Assembly: GCA_937888905.1 (NCBI GenBank) | Contig: CALATA010000001.1 | Span: forward strand, 421,467 to 485,466 | Reading direction: 5' to 3' | DNA length: 64,000 nt | DNA from: an uncultured Sphingobacteriales bacterium | Lineage (GTDB): Bacteria; Bacteroidota; Bacteroidia; Chitinophagales; Chitinophagaceae | Translations under genes and position numbers: made by a program | Notes under the pieces: model-generated | What the model saw: the letters and a program-made list of their open reading frames with translations, nothing else | Databases searched by the model: none | Told to the model about the DNA's origin: nothing | Part shown: positions 55,600 to 64,000 of the stretch, piece after piece | Numbering within the stretch: the stretch's first letter is position 1 | How the letters are laid out: each line of letters starts with the position of its first letter

Positions 55600-56669
55600 A
55601 ACCCGCGAAAGGATATACGTTACAATACCTGCAGGTGTTAAGGGGCATTGCCAGCTTATTGGTGGTGCTTATGCATGCAGGATTTACTTTCAAGTTCGTC
55701 AGCGGAAATACTTTCCTGGGAGATGTTTTTGCCTTTGGCGGAGCAGGAGTAGATATCTTTTTCGTGTTGAGCGGATTCATCATCACCTATTCCTGTTTTC
55801 ACCTAACATCCGATGCACGCAATCTTCCCGGTTATTTACGGAGACGGTTCGTCAGGATCTATCCACCCTATTGGGTTTTGTTTTTTATATTCCTGGCGTT
55901 GCATTGGGTATTTTGGAGTCATTACGGCAATCATGATATTTTCCGCCTCGATAAAATGCTGGGTTCATTGTTATTGCTGCCCGGTCACGAAATGGTGAAT
56001 GGTGTAAGCTGGACCCTGACCTATGAATTATTCTTTTATGTCTTATTTGCCGGGTTTTTCCTGGTAAAAAGAAAGATCGTATTTGCGGTGGTGCTGGTTC
56101 TTTACGGAGTGTTGCTTGTACTGATCGGTGAAGCCGACAGAGATCCCTGGATGACCATCCTGCTCTTTCCGATGAACATCGAATTCCTGCTGGGCATTGC
56201 GGTCGCTTTTCTGTGGAAGAAACTCAATGTTCGCCTGGCCAAAATTCTGCTGGTCGCCGGTATCGCCGGGTTTATAGCGGGAGGGTGGCTGGCCGTAAGA
56301 GATATCATGATCTTTCACGGTTCGCTCAACCGGGTGGTTATATTTGGCCTGCCTTCTTCTTTAATAATTATTTCACTTATCCGTTTGGAAAGGGAAGGTG
56401 GCCTGGCCCGTCCTTCACGATTACTGCTTGCCCTGGGCGACGCCTCCTATTCTCTTTATCTTATTCACCTCCCGCTTCTGGCCGCCGGCATGCGGATCCT
56501 GGTGTCTGCCGGCATTACCGATGCAACGCTGCTCCACGTTTTAACCATCCTTTTGATAATCGCCATCTGCGTGGCAGGCTTATTGTTTTACCGGTGGATT
56601 GAGCGACCACTCATCGCCTGGCTTAACAAAAAGCGACAGCCCGGACTGACGGTTGCAAAGGAACCATGA
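55587..56669 (+). CDS. Acyltransferase family 3 membrane protein (O-acetyltransferase)
   Basis: YLQVLRGIASLLVVLMH start typical of acyltransferase_3, ~10 TM segments. Confidence 0.8.
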   Translation: MDAIKPAKGYTLQYLQVLRGIASLLVVLMHAGFTFKFVSGNTFLGDVFAFGGAGVDIFFVLSGFIITYSCFHLTSDARNLPGYLRRRFVRIYPPYWVLFFIFLALHWVFWSHYGNHDIFRLDKMLGSLLLLPGHEMVNGVSWTLTYELFFYVLFAGFFLVKRKIVFAVVLVLYGVLLVLIGEADRDPWMTILLFPMNIEFLLGIAVAFLWKKLNVRLAKILLVAGIAGFIAGGWLAVRDIMIFHGSLNRVVIFGLPSSLIIISLIRLEREGGLARPSRLLLALGDASYSLYLIHLPLLAAGMRILVSAGITDATLLHVLTILLIIAICVAGLLFYRWIERPLIAWLNKKRQPGLTVAKEP

Positions 56670-59125
56670 TGAAAAAAAACAAGCTTCTTATTGTTGTACT
56701 GAGTTTACTGCTGCTGTCCACCGGAGTGGTTCGCGCGCAGGAAACCGTGCGTGTTTATTTTGAAATCTCGGCTTCCCCGGAAGAAAAGGCATCGGCAAGG
56801 GAGGTCATACGTATTCTCAACGATTTCTATGGTCGCGTGATTGCCGACAGCATCAACCGGTTCAATGGCAAAGGCATTTATTTTACCACCCGCGACCGCG
56901 ACAAGTTCAGACAGTTTCCTTCCAAACTTTCTTCCTACGGTGATGAAGGTATTTATATAAAGTCGACCAATGCCTATGCTTATGTATGTGCCAATACGGC
57001 GGAAGGACTTCGACAGGGCATGTATCGCTATCTGCAGCAATTAGGCTTCCGTTATTATTTTCCTAATCCGGCCTGGCATATTAAACCCACCAGTAAAAAA
57101 ATATACCAGTCGTTTGAACTACTGACGCGACCGGATTTTGCCTACAGAAAAATTACACCGGGATGGGGCTATGGCTCTGACCGCCTGGCCGAACAATATT
57201 ATTTCTGGGAACGTGCCAACGGAATGGGCGGCAGTCTTCAGACCTATAATGTACATGCTTATTATGGATTGGTAGCAGACAATCGCGCAGCATTTGAAGC
57301 CAACCGCGATTATCTCAGCAAGCCGCTTGTCAATGGCAATGTACAATGGGGCACAACATTGAACTATGGCCTTCCCGCAGTAAGCGAGCTGGCCTGGCGC
57401 TGGCTCGCCACGCAATTTGATGCGGCCGACCGTCGCGGCAAACCGGTGCCCATGCTTTCACTCGAACCATTCGACGGACCTTCTTATAGTGATCTGGCTG
57501 CTGCTCGCCGCGTAGGCAGTAATGCCAGCGACCAGGTGTTTTATTTTACCAACGAAGTGGCAAAGAAACTCCGCCGTACACATCCGGGTAAAAAGATAGG
57601 GATACTCGCTTACAACGATCATATCGACATACCGCGTTATAATCTTGAAGACAATATTTTTGTTACGCTGACGAATGGCTTCAATACATCGAAATATTCT
57701 ACGGATGAATTGATCAGCCGATGGAAAACAAAAACGAAGTCGCTGGGCATTTACATGTACTACAGTGTGTTTGAAAGCAATCGCGATCTGCCGGGTGCCG
57801 GCATGGCGGCGAGTTATCCCACTGTTGTGTCGTGGATGAAAAAGCTCAACAAAGCCGGTGTGTCCTCTTACCAGGCAGAAACAACTTATGCCTGGATACC
57901 CAAGGGCATCGGACATTTTCTTACGGCAGCGCTTGCCTGGGATACCGGAACAGATACCGCTGCAGTATTGACTAAATTTTATCGTGATTGTTTTCCGCAA
58001 ACCCGGTCGCGTATACGCCCGCTTTTCGAATCGTGGAATGGTAATCCGCTGATCACCGAAAATGAATTATACAACTGGTTCTCCACCTTGCAAACAGCCA
58101 TGAACGAGTGCAACGATGCAGCGGAATTACAACGCCTGCAGCAAATCGGCCTGTACCTGCATTATGTGCGCTTGCAGAAAGAATATAGTGAGGTACCCGC
58201 TGCTCAAAGAAATCAGAAGACAACAGAATTGCTCGCCTATCTCGCAGAGATCATGGAAGAAGGTGTGGTAGCTTCTTATGCGGCGCTCAATATTATGCCG
58301 GGTGAAGCCGGTATGCCGGTCACTACCTGGGGTAATGAAATGCGCTCGGCTTATCGTACCAAGGCGGCGGTTAGTTTTCCCCGTAGCAAAAAAGATTGGC
58401 AGCAATACACACGCAGTTACCTTTCTACGCTAAAACGTACCGGAGATGTCCGGTTATATAATGCTGCCCCGTTTTTGTCAGCGCAGGAAGTAAAAGCGAT
58501 GGGGTTACCAGGTGTTGTGCATCCGTTTGGTCCCTCAATGACTTTCCAGGGCAATATCACCATGCTGATCGATACAAGGCGTTCGGACTCCGCATGGATG
58601 AAACTGAAAGGTGGAAGGCTGAACCCATCCGGACGGGCAACCGTAAAAGTTTATCCGTGGAATAATAACCTCAAGCCCGGCGACGCGCCGCTTTCCGAAG
58701 CATATTATACCGCCAACGATGGCGAGGTAACGGTGGACTTCCGTAAACTGCAACGCAACAAATACATTGTGGTCATCGAGGACAATGATGCAGCCGGTGT
58801 AACGGCTTACTTTCCTCATAAACTCACCTATTCGATCGTGGCTTCTGCTGCGTCGCCGCTTCAGGGTGGCTTTTATAATTACTTCTATTTCTATGTACCG
58901 AAAGGCACGCGCAAATTTTATATCTACAAAACAGACTGGATGCGTATTTACGATGCCGGAAACAAAATGAAAGAATCTCCGACAGCTGAAAATCTTCTTG
59001 AATTCAACGTAACCGATGCCGATGCGGGCTGGTGGTCTGTACACTACCAAATGGGGCGCCTGCACCTGCTTGGCGTTCCGCCGCTGATCAGCCGCGAACC
59101 ACGGTATTTCTTTATGCCCGACTGA
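56666..59125 (+). CDS. Large secreted protein of unknown function (possibly DUF4838-like glycoside hydrolase-related)
   Basis: Signal peptide MMKKNKLLIVVLSLLLLSTGVVRAQE. 819 aa. Embedded in the polysaccharide locus. The DUF4838 assignment is from memory and unverified. Confidence 0.55.
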   Translation: MMKKNKLLIVVLSLLLLSTGVVRAQETVRVYFEISASPEEKASAREVIRILNDFYGRVIADSINRFNGKGIYFTTRDRDKFRQFPSKLSSYGDEGIYIKSTNAYAYVCANTAEGLRQGMYRYLQQLGFRYYFPNPAWHIKPTSKKIYQSFELLTRPDFAYRKITPGWGYGSDRLAEQYYFWERANGMGGSLQTYNVHAYYGLVADNRAAFEANRDYLSKPLVNGNVQWGTTLNYGLPAVSELAWRWLATQFDAADRRGKPVPMLSLEPFDGPSYSDLAAARRVGSNASDQVFYFTNEVAKKLRRTHPGKKIGILAYNDHIDIPRYNLEDNIFVTLTNGFNTSKYSTDELISRWKTKTKSLGIYMYYSVFESNRDLPGAGMAASYPTVVSWMKKLNKAGVSSYQAETTYAWIPKGIGHFLTAALAWDTGTDTAAVLTKFYRDCFPQTRSRIRPLFESWNGNPLITENELYNWFSTLQTAMNECNDAAELQRLQQIGLYLHYVRLQKEYSEVPAAQRNQKTTELLAYLAEIMEEGVVASYAALNIMPGEAGMPVTTWGNEMRSAYRTKAAVSFPRSKKDWQQYTRSYLSTLKRTGDVRLYNAAPFLSAQEVKAMGLPGVVHPFGPSMTFQGNITMLIDTRRSDSAWMKLKGGRLNPSGRATVKVYPWNNNLKPGDAPLSEAYYTANDGEVTVDFRKLQRNKYIVVIEDNDAAGVTAYFPHKLTYSIVASAASPLQGGFYNYFYFYVPKGTRKFYIYKTDWMRIYDAGNKMKESPTAENLLEFNVTDADAGWWSVHYQMGRLHLLGVPPLISREPRYFFMPD

Positions 59126-59130
59126 TCTTT

Positions 59131-60231
59131 ATGAGCCAGCAAAAAATCCTGCACATTCTTTATAGTGGCCTCGGCGGCCACGGAAATGTTTTCTTTTCGA
59201 TCGTTAAAGGCGACAAGCAACAGGTCTTTCATACCGAAGCATTATTCTGCGGTATAGAAGAAGTGCAACCCGATTATGTGCGCAAGTGCGAAAGCCTGCA
59301 CATTCCCTATGCGTTCTTTAAAAAAAGTCCCGGATTGGACATGCCTACCCTGCGGCGTATATACGGACTGCTGAAGAAGAATAAACCCGATACCGTTTTC
59401 CTGCACGGACCCACACTCATCCTGCCCGTGATCGCGTATAAATTATTCTCAAGGGGTAAACGGATCGTTGTCCGCGATACGCAGGCCCATCATCTTAAAA
59501 CAAAAAAAGAATGGGTGTTCCTGGCGCTCGCCGGCTTGTTTGCCAACCGGTTGGTATTTCTTACACAAGAGGCGAAAGAAGGGGCGGTAAAAAAACTGAA
59601 ACTGCCTTTTCTCTTCCGGCGTACTAATATTATTCCCAATGGGCTGGATACGGATATTTATAAACCCGTGCCAGCACGCAATATCGATCAGACAGTGGTC
59701 ATTGGCATGCAAAGCCGTTTGCAGCGCATCAAAGATCATCCCGTGCTGCTCAAGGCATTTGCCCGACTCAAAGCCGAAATGCCCGGCCGTCATCTGAAAC
59801 TGAGAATTGCCGGTGATGGTGAAACCATGACGGAATTGAAAGAGCTGGCAAACTCATTGAACATTGCTGCCGATGTGGACTTCTGTGGCATGTTGCCGGA
59901 AAAAGACCTGGTCGATTTTATGCAGTCGCTCGACATATACGTGCATGCCACGCACGGCGAAACGATGAGTAACTCCATCATGCAGGCAATGGCCTGCGGC
60001 CTGCCTTCGGTAGTGAGCGATGTATGGGGTGTGAACAATATGGTGACGCATGGCGAAAATGCATTACTGTACACACCGGGCGATGCAAATGCTCTTTGCA
60101 ATTATATCAAAGACATACTGGAACACGAAGAGCTACGCAAAAAGTTGTCGCTTAATGCGCGGCTTCACGCGGAAAAAGAATTTTCACTGGAACGATTGTT
60201 CCTGAATTACCAGCCCTTGCTGCAAGGGTGA
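59131..60231 (+). CDS. Glycosyltransferase family 4
   Basis: Start at MSQQKILHILYSGLGGHGN. GT-B C-terminal domain with E-x7-E region. The ORF-track upstream extension overlaps the previous gene. Confidence 0.85.
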   Translation: MSQQKILHILYSGLGGHGNVFFSIVKGDKQQVFHTEALFCGIEEVQPDYVRKCESLHIPYAFFKKSPGLDMPTLRRIYGLLKKNKPDTVFLHGPTLILPVIAYKLFSRGKRIVVRDTQAHHLKTKKEWVFLALAGLFANRLVFLTQEAKEGAVKKLKLPFLFRRTNIIPNGLDTDIYKPVPARNIDQTVVIGMQSRLQRIKDHPVLLKAFARLKAEMPGRHLKLRIAGDGETMTELKELANSLNIAADVDFCGMLPEKDLVDFMQSLDIYVHATHGETMSNSIMQAMACGLPSVVSDVWGVNNMVTHGENALLYTPGDANALCNYIKDILEHEELRKKLSLNARLHAEKEFSLERLFLNYQPLLQG

Positions 60232-61382
60232 TGAACGAATCCATGAAAGTATTACACGTTATCAATATCGGCGGTTATGGTGGTGCAGAGAAATTACTGC
60301 TGCAATTACTTCCCGCACTTAATCAGCATTCGCAGACCGAATGCTGGATCGCTTATCAGCAGGCAAACAGCGAAGCAGCCCTGCGCATTGCCGGCGAACT
60401 GAAATCAATGGGCGTGGCGATCACCACACATGCATATAATAAAGTGTATGAAAAAGGAATTTTCACGGCATTGCAGCAAAAAATCGCCGGCGGCAGGTAC
60501 GACCTCATACACAGCCATCTCAAACAAGCCGATTTCTGGCTGGCAGTAATGAAATTCCGCCGCCGTATCGATGTGCCGGTGGTGAGCACCATGCACAGCT
60601 ATACAGACCGGTATGAAAACAAATACGGCTTCAACGTTACACCCAAAATATACCTGACTCCTTACTACCAGGTAACGAAATGGATTTACCGGCAACTCGA
60701 CGGATTCATTCTTATTTCAGATATCGTCAGCCGTTTTTTTCAACAGGTCAGTTTATTGAAAGGAAAAAAGAAAGCAATCATTCATCATGGCTATGAACAA
60801 AAAGAAATACTGCCGGTTCCGCTGCCTCCGTCGCAGGTGAGGATTGCACTTCCCGGCCGGTTGATCAGGCGGAAGGGACACGATTATGCCATCGAAGCAT
60901 TTGGAAAAATACGGAAGCAATATCCGGAGGCAACATTGCATTTTTACGGCATGGGCGTACGGGAAGAAGAGCTGAAGCAAAAAGTGAAAGAAGCCGGTTT
61001 GCAGGAGCATATTATATTTGAGGGATACCAGCATAACCTGCTGGCAGAACTGCAAAAGGCTTCGGTGATCTGGATGCCTTCGTTGTGGGAAGCTTTTGGA
61101 CTGGTATTCCTGGACGGATTTGCGGCGGGCGTACCGGTTGTGGCTTTTGACCTGGCCGCAGGAAATGAAATTGTGCAACATGAAGTGAATGGTTTGCTCG
61201 CAACACCTTATTCGGCAGAAGATCTGGCACAACAAACCCTGCGTTTACTGGCAGACCCGTCGTTGCGTGAACGTATTGTCATGGGTGGAAGAAAAGCACT
61301 CCATGAACAGTTCAATATGGAAGGGATGACCCGGAAATATCTCGATTTTTATCAGCAGGTAATAAAAGCCGGCCATGAATGA
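60228..61382 (+). CDS. Glycosyltransferase family 4
   Basis: MKVLHVINIGGYGGAEK start. C-terminal SLWEAFGLVFLDGFAAGVPVVA region. Confidence 0.85.
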   Translation: MMNESMKVLHVINIGGYGGAEKLLLQLLPALNQHSQTECWIAYQQANSEAALRIAGELKSMGVAITTHAYNKVYEKGIFTALQQKIAGGRYDLIHSHLKQADFWLAVMKFRRRIDVPVVSTMHSYTDRYENKYGFNVTPKIYLTPYYQVTKWIYRQLDGFILISDIVSRFFQQVSLLKGKKKAIIHHGYEQKEILPVPLPPSQVRIALPGRLIRRKGHDYAIEAFGKIRKQYPEATLHFYGMGVREEELKQKVKEAGLQEHIIFEGYQHNLLAELQKASVIWMPSLWEAFGLVFLDGFAAGVPVVAFDLAAGNEIVQHEVNGLLATPYSAEDLAQQTLRLLADPSLRERIVMGGRKALHEQFNMEGMTRKYLDFYQQVIKAGHE

Positions 61383-62763
61383 AATAACTGAAACAAGATT
61401 ATTCAGGGATTCGGATTTTTATCTGGTTCCGCTTTGCCTGTTGATGATGTTTATTTTTATGTACATCAAGCGCAGGAAGTACAATGGCCTCCAGATGCAG
61501 CGTTATTTTATACCCGCGCTCGTATGGCGGCTTGTATTCGTATTCTTCTATGCAGTGATCGTTCAGTACTATTATGGTGCAGGCGATACGCTCATGTATT
61601 ATCGCGGTGTTACTGACATGTATCATGCTGTGTCGGACGACTGGAGCCACCTGGCAGATATTTTTCTGGTGGAGAAAATGGAACCGTCCAATCCTATCTA
61701 CACCTACTTCATGTACGATGGGCATTCGGTCACGCATTATTATATGGAAAATGCGGGCACGTTTGCCGTATGTAAGTTTGCACTTCCGTTCTCCCTGCTG
61801 TTTGGCAACAGTTATGTATGTATCAGTTTCTGCCTCTCCTTGTTTTCTTTTGCAGGCTGCTGGCGCATTTATAAAATGTTCTGCGAAATGTTTCCGCGGT
61901 TGCAGTGGAAGTTTGCGCTTTCCATTCTTTTTCTTCCGTCGATATTGTTCTGGGGCGGCTCTTTGCTGAAAGACTCGATCTGTATGGGATCGTTGGGTTT
62001 TGCACTTTACGCCGCTTACCAGATATTCTTTACCAAACGTAAAGTATTCGTTTCCCTCATCATATTACTGGCCTGCTGTACGCTGTTGCTTTATATCAAA
62101 CCCTATATCCTGCTTTGCCTGTTACCGGCGTTTATCCTTTGGATGTTCCTGGGATTCCGCAAGCGCATTGCCGACAGTGGCGTACGCCGCCTGGCCACCT
62201 TATTCCTTTTCGCAGGCGCACTGGTAGGCGGCGTATTATTGTTGGGTAAACTGACACAGACAGAACTGGCTTCGCAGTATTCAACAGAACGGATTGTGGA
62301 AACTGCGCAGGGTTTGCAGGATGAGTACAGCAAACTCGAAGAATCCACGGGATCCGGTTATTCGGTAGGGCCGATCGGCGACTCTTTTGCCAGTTTGATT
62401 CTTTTATTTCCACTGGGCGTAATCACTACGTTCTTCCGGCCATTTCTTTTTGAAGTACGTAATCCGCTCATGCTGATCAGTGCGCTGGAGGCGTTCGCTT
62501 TTCTCTGCCTGATCTATATGGCATTCCGGAAAATCGGGTTCAGGCGTTTTTTCAAAACGGTTTTTTCTTCCCCCGTACTGGTCTTCTGTTTTGTATTTGC
62601 ATTTGTGTTTGCCGGCATCGTAGGTGTTACCACTGCCAATTTCGGTTCCCTGGCGCGCTATAAAATTCCCTGTCTCCCGTTTTTCCTGATGATGGTTTTT
62701 ATTGTAATGGATCAATCCGGAAAGTTCTCGCCCTCTGTTGTTTTCGGAAGGCGTTTGTTTTAA
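61375..62763 (+). CDS. Polytopic membrane protein, candidate polysaccharide polymerase (Wzy-like)
   Basis: 462 aa, ~10-12 TM segments with a larger loop. It is the only unassigned polytopic protein in the locus. No sequence signature is available. Confidence 0.4.
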   Translation: MNEITETRLFRDSDFYLVPLCLLMMFIFMYIKRRKYNGLQMQRYFIPALVWRLVFVFFYAVIVQYYYGAGDTLMYYRGVTDMYHAVSDDWSHLADIFLVEKMEPSNPIYTYFMYDGHSVTHYYMENAGTFAVCKFALPFSLLFGNSYVCISFCLSLFSFAGCWRIYKMFCEMFPRLQWKFALSILFLPSILFWGGSLLKDSICMGSLGFALYAAYQIFFTKRKVFVSLIILLACCTLLLYIKPYILLCLLPAFILWMFLGFRKRIADSGVRRLATLFLFAGALVGGVLLLGKLTQTELASQYSTERIVETAQGLQDEYSKLEESTGSGYSVGPIGDSFASLILLFPLGVITTFFRPFLFEVRNPLMLISALEAFAFLCLIYMAFRKIGFRRFFKTVFSSPVLVFCFVFAFVFAGIVGVTTANFGSLARYKIPCLPFFLMMVFIVMDQSGKFSPSVVFGRRLF

Positions 62764-62766
62764 TTT

Positions 62767-63963
62767 ATGAATAACACATCCCAACGGCTCCCCGATAGCC
62801 TGCAGTCCGTGAAGATCATCCGTATATCGACCGCCGGTCTTTTTCAGCATATCATTTTAAAGGGGCAATTAAAATATCTTTCCGCTTATTATGATATCGT
62901 GGCGCTGTCGGCGCCGGATAAAGAACTGGACATTGTAGGGCAGCGGGAAGGGGTAAGGACGATCGGTGTGCCGATGGAAAGAGAGATTGCGCCATTCAAA
63001 GACATAGCGGCCTTGTTCCGTTTGTGGCGTGTATTCCGACGCGAAAAGCCGCTGATCATTCATGCCAGTACACCCAAAGGAAGTCTGCTTGCCATGATCG
63101 CAGGATATTTTGCCGGCGTGCCGGTGCGGTTACTGACGCCGACAGGATACCGGTTCGTTGGACTGAACGGAATGAAAAGAAAGATCGTGATCGCCCTCGA
63201 AAAGCTGACCTGCCGCTTTGCCACCGATATATGTCCGGAAAGCAACGGCGTGATCAAAACGATCAAAGAATACAACATTACGGCAAGGCCCGTTCAATTA
63301 ATCGGTAAAGGATCGGTGAACGGGGTGGACACGTTTTTTTACAATAGAGAAACACTCGACCAAGGCAAACTTGCCGATATCCGCGGGTCGTTGGGGTACG
63401 ATCCCGCTAACCGCTACCTGTTGTTTGTAGGCCGTGTGGTGAAAGACAAAGGTATCAGCGAACTGCTGCGGGCTTTCAGCCAACTGGGCGAAAACATCCG
63501 GCTCATTGTGCTCGGGCCGGTTGAAATGTCGGATCCCGTGCAGCCCGATGTGCTGGAAATACTAAAAACCGATCCGCGCATCATCCATATCGACTGGACG
63601 GATGAAGTGCGTTATTATATGGCTATTGCGGATATGCTGATCCATCCCTCTTACCGGGAAGGGTTGCCGAATGTGCTCCTGCAGGCCGGTTCGATGGAGT
63701 GCCCGGTAGTATGTTCCGATATCAATGGCAACTCCGATATCGTTACGGACCATGAAACAGGCATACTGTTCCGCCCGCGGGACGAAAAAGAGCTGCTGGC
63801 AAAAGTGCAATGGGCACTGGAGCATCCCGGAGAAATGAAGGAATACGCGCAAAACCTGCGTAACAAGGTGACTGCCGACTACGATCAGCGGGTGGTGCAG
63901 GAGGCGCTGAAAAGCAAATATGCCGAACTTGCCGGCCGGATATCAAAAGGTAGCAAAGGATAA
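62767..63963 (+). CDS. Glycosyltransferase family 4
   Basis: GT-B fold. C-terminal SYREGLPNVLLQAGSMECPVV region. Confidence 0.85.
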   Translation: MNNTSQRLPDSLQSVKIIRISTAGLFQHIILKGQLKYLSAYYDIVALSAPDKELDIVGQREGVRTIGVPMEREIAPFKDIAALFRLWRVFRREKPLIIHASTPKGSLLAMIAGYFAGVPVRLLTPTGYRFVGLNGMKRKIVIALEKLTCRFATDICPESNGVIKTIKEYNITARPVQLIGKGSVNGVDTFFYNRETLDQGKLADIRGSLGYDPANRYLLFVGRVVKDKGISELLRAFSQLGENIRLIVLGPVEMSDPVQPDVLEILKTDPRIIHIDWTDEVRYYMAIADMLIHPSYREGLPNVLLQAGSMECPVVCSDINGNSDIVTDHETGILFRPRDEKELLAKVQWALEHPGEMKEYAQNLRNKVTADYDQRVVQEALKSKYAELAGRISKGSKG

Positions 63964-64000
63964 AATCGTTAATGGTATTATCTTTGCGCGGCGGTATGCC

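Overview
This 64 kb window looks like a chromosomal segment of a Bacteroidota bacterium, probably Chitinophagaceae. Supporting evidence: T9SS C-terminal sorting domains, UpxY/Wza/Wzc polysaccharide locus, BatB/BatC pair, TAnnTTTG -7 promoter motifs, no use of Shine-Dalgarno sequences, about 50% GC. About 55 protein genes and one tRNA are supported.

Layout:
- 1-5.9 kb: a partial metallophosphoesterase gene, then two tandem paralogous T9SS-sorted metzincin proteases.
- 6-21 kb: housekeeping genes (ridA, tsaB, nadB, ispG) interspersed with an ArsR/MBL-rhodanese pair, a membrane protein-HK-LuxR unit, a BatB/BatC pair and a chromosomal class D (OXA-like) beta-lactamase.
- 22.8-27 kb: umuDC divergent from a 2H-phosphoesterase pair and a PA0069-type radical SAM gene; a perfect palindrome sits between them.
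- 29.6-34 kb: a tRNA-Phe neighbourhood holding three small ORF+terminator units, a candidate DUF458/YkuK RNase H-like gene, a tRNA-like T-arm motif, a non-membrane tandem-SPFH (slipin-like) gene and rtcB.
- 34.1-37.8 kb: a heme oxygenase-bacteriophytochrome operon with two receiver proteins.
- 39.8-64 kb: a long exopolysaccharide/capsule locus (upxY, wza, wzc, dTDP-sugar genes including a C-methyltransferase, wzx, five glycosyltransferases, asnB-like gene, acyltransferase, a large secreted protein).

Most notable observations:
- The UmuD homologue has both catalytic-dyad residues and the cleavage-site Cys substituted.
- A mosaic intergenic repeat family occurs at four sites and supplies stop codons to flanking genes.
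- A candidate RNA-repair/processing island lies downstream of tRNA-Phe.
- A frameshifted grpB and several small ORFs absent from the ORF track are present.
- No CRISPR array, integrase or transposase was found.
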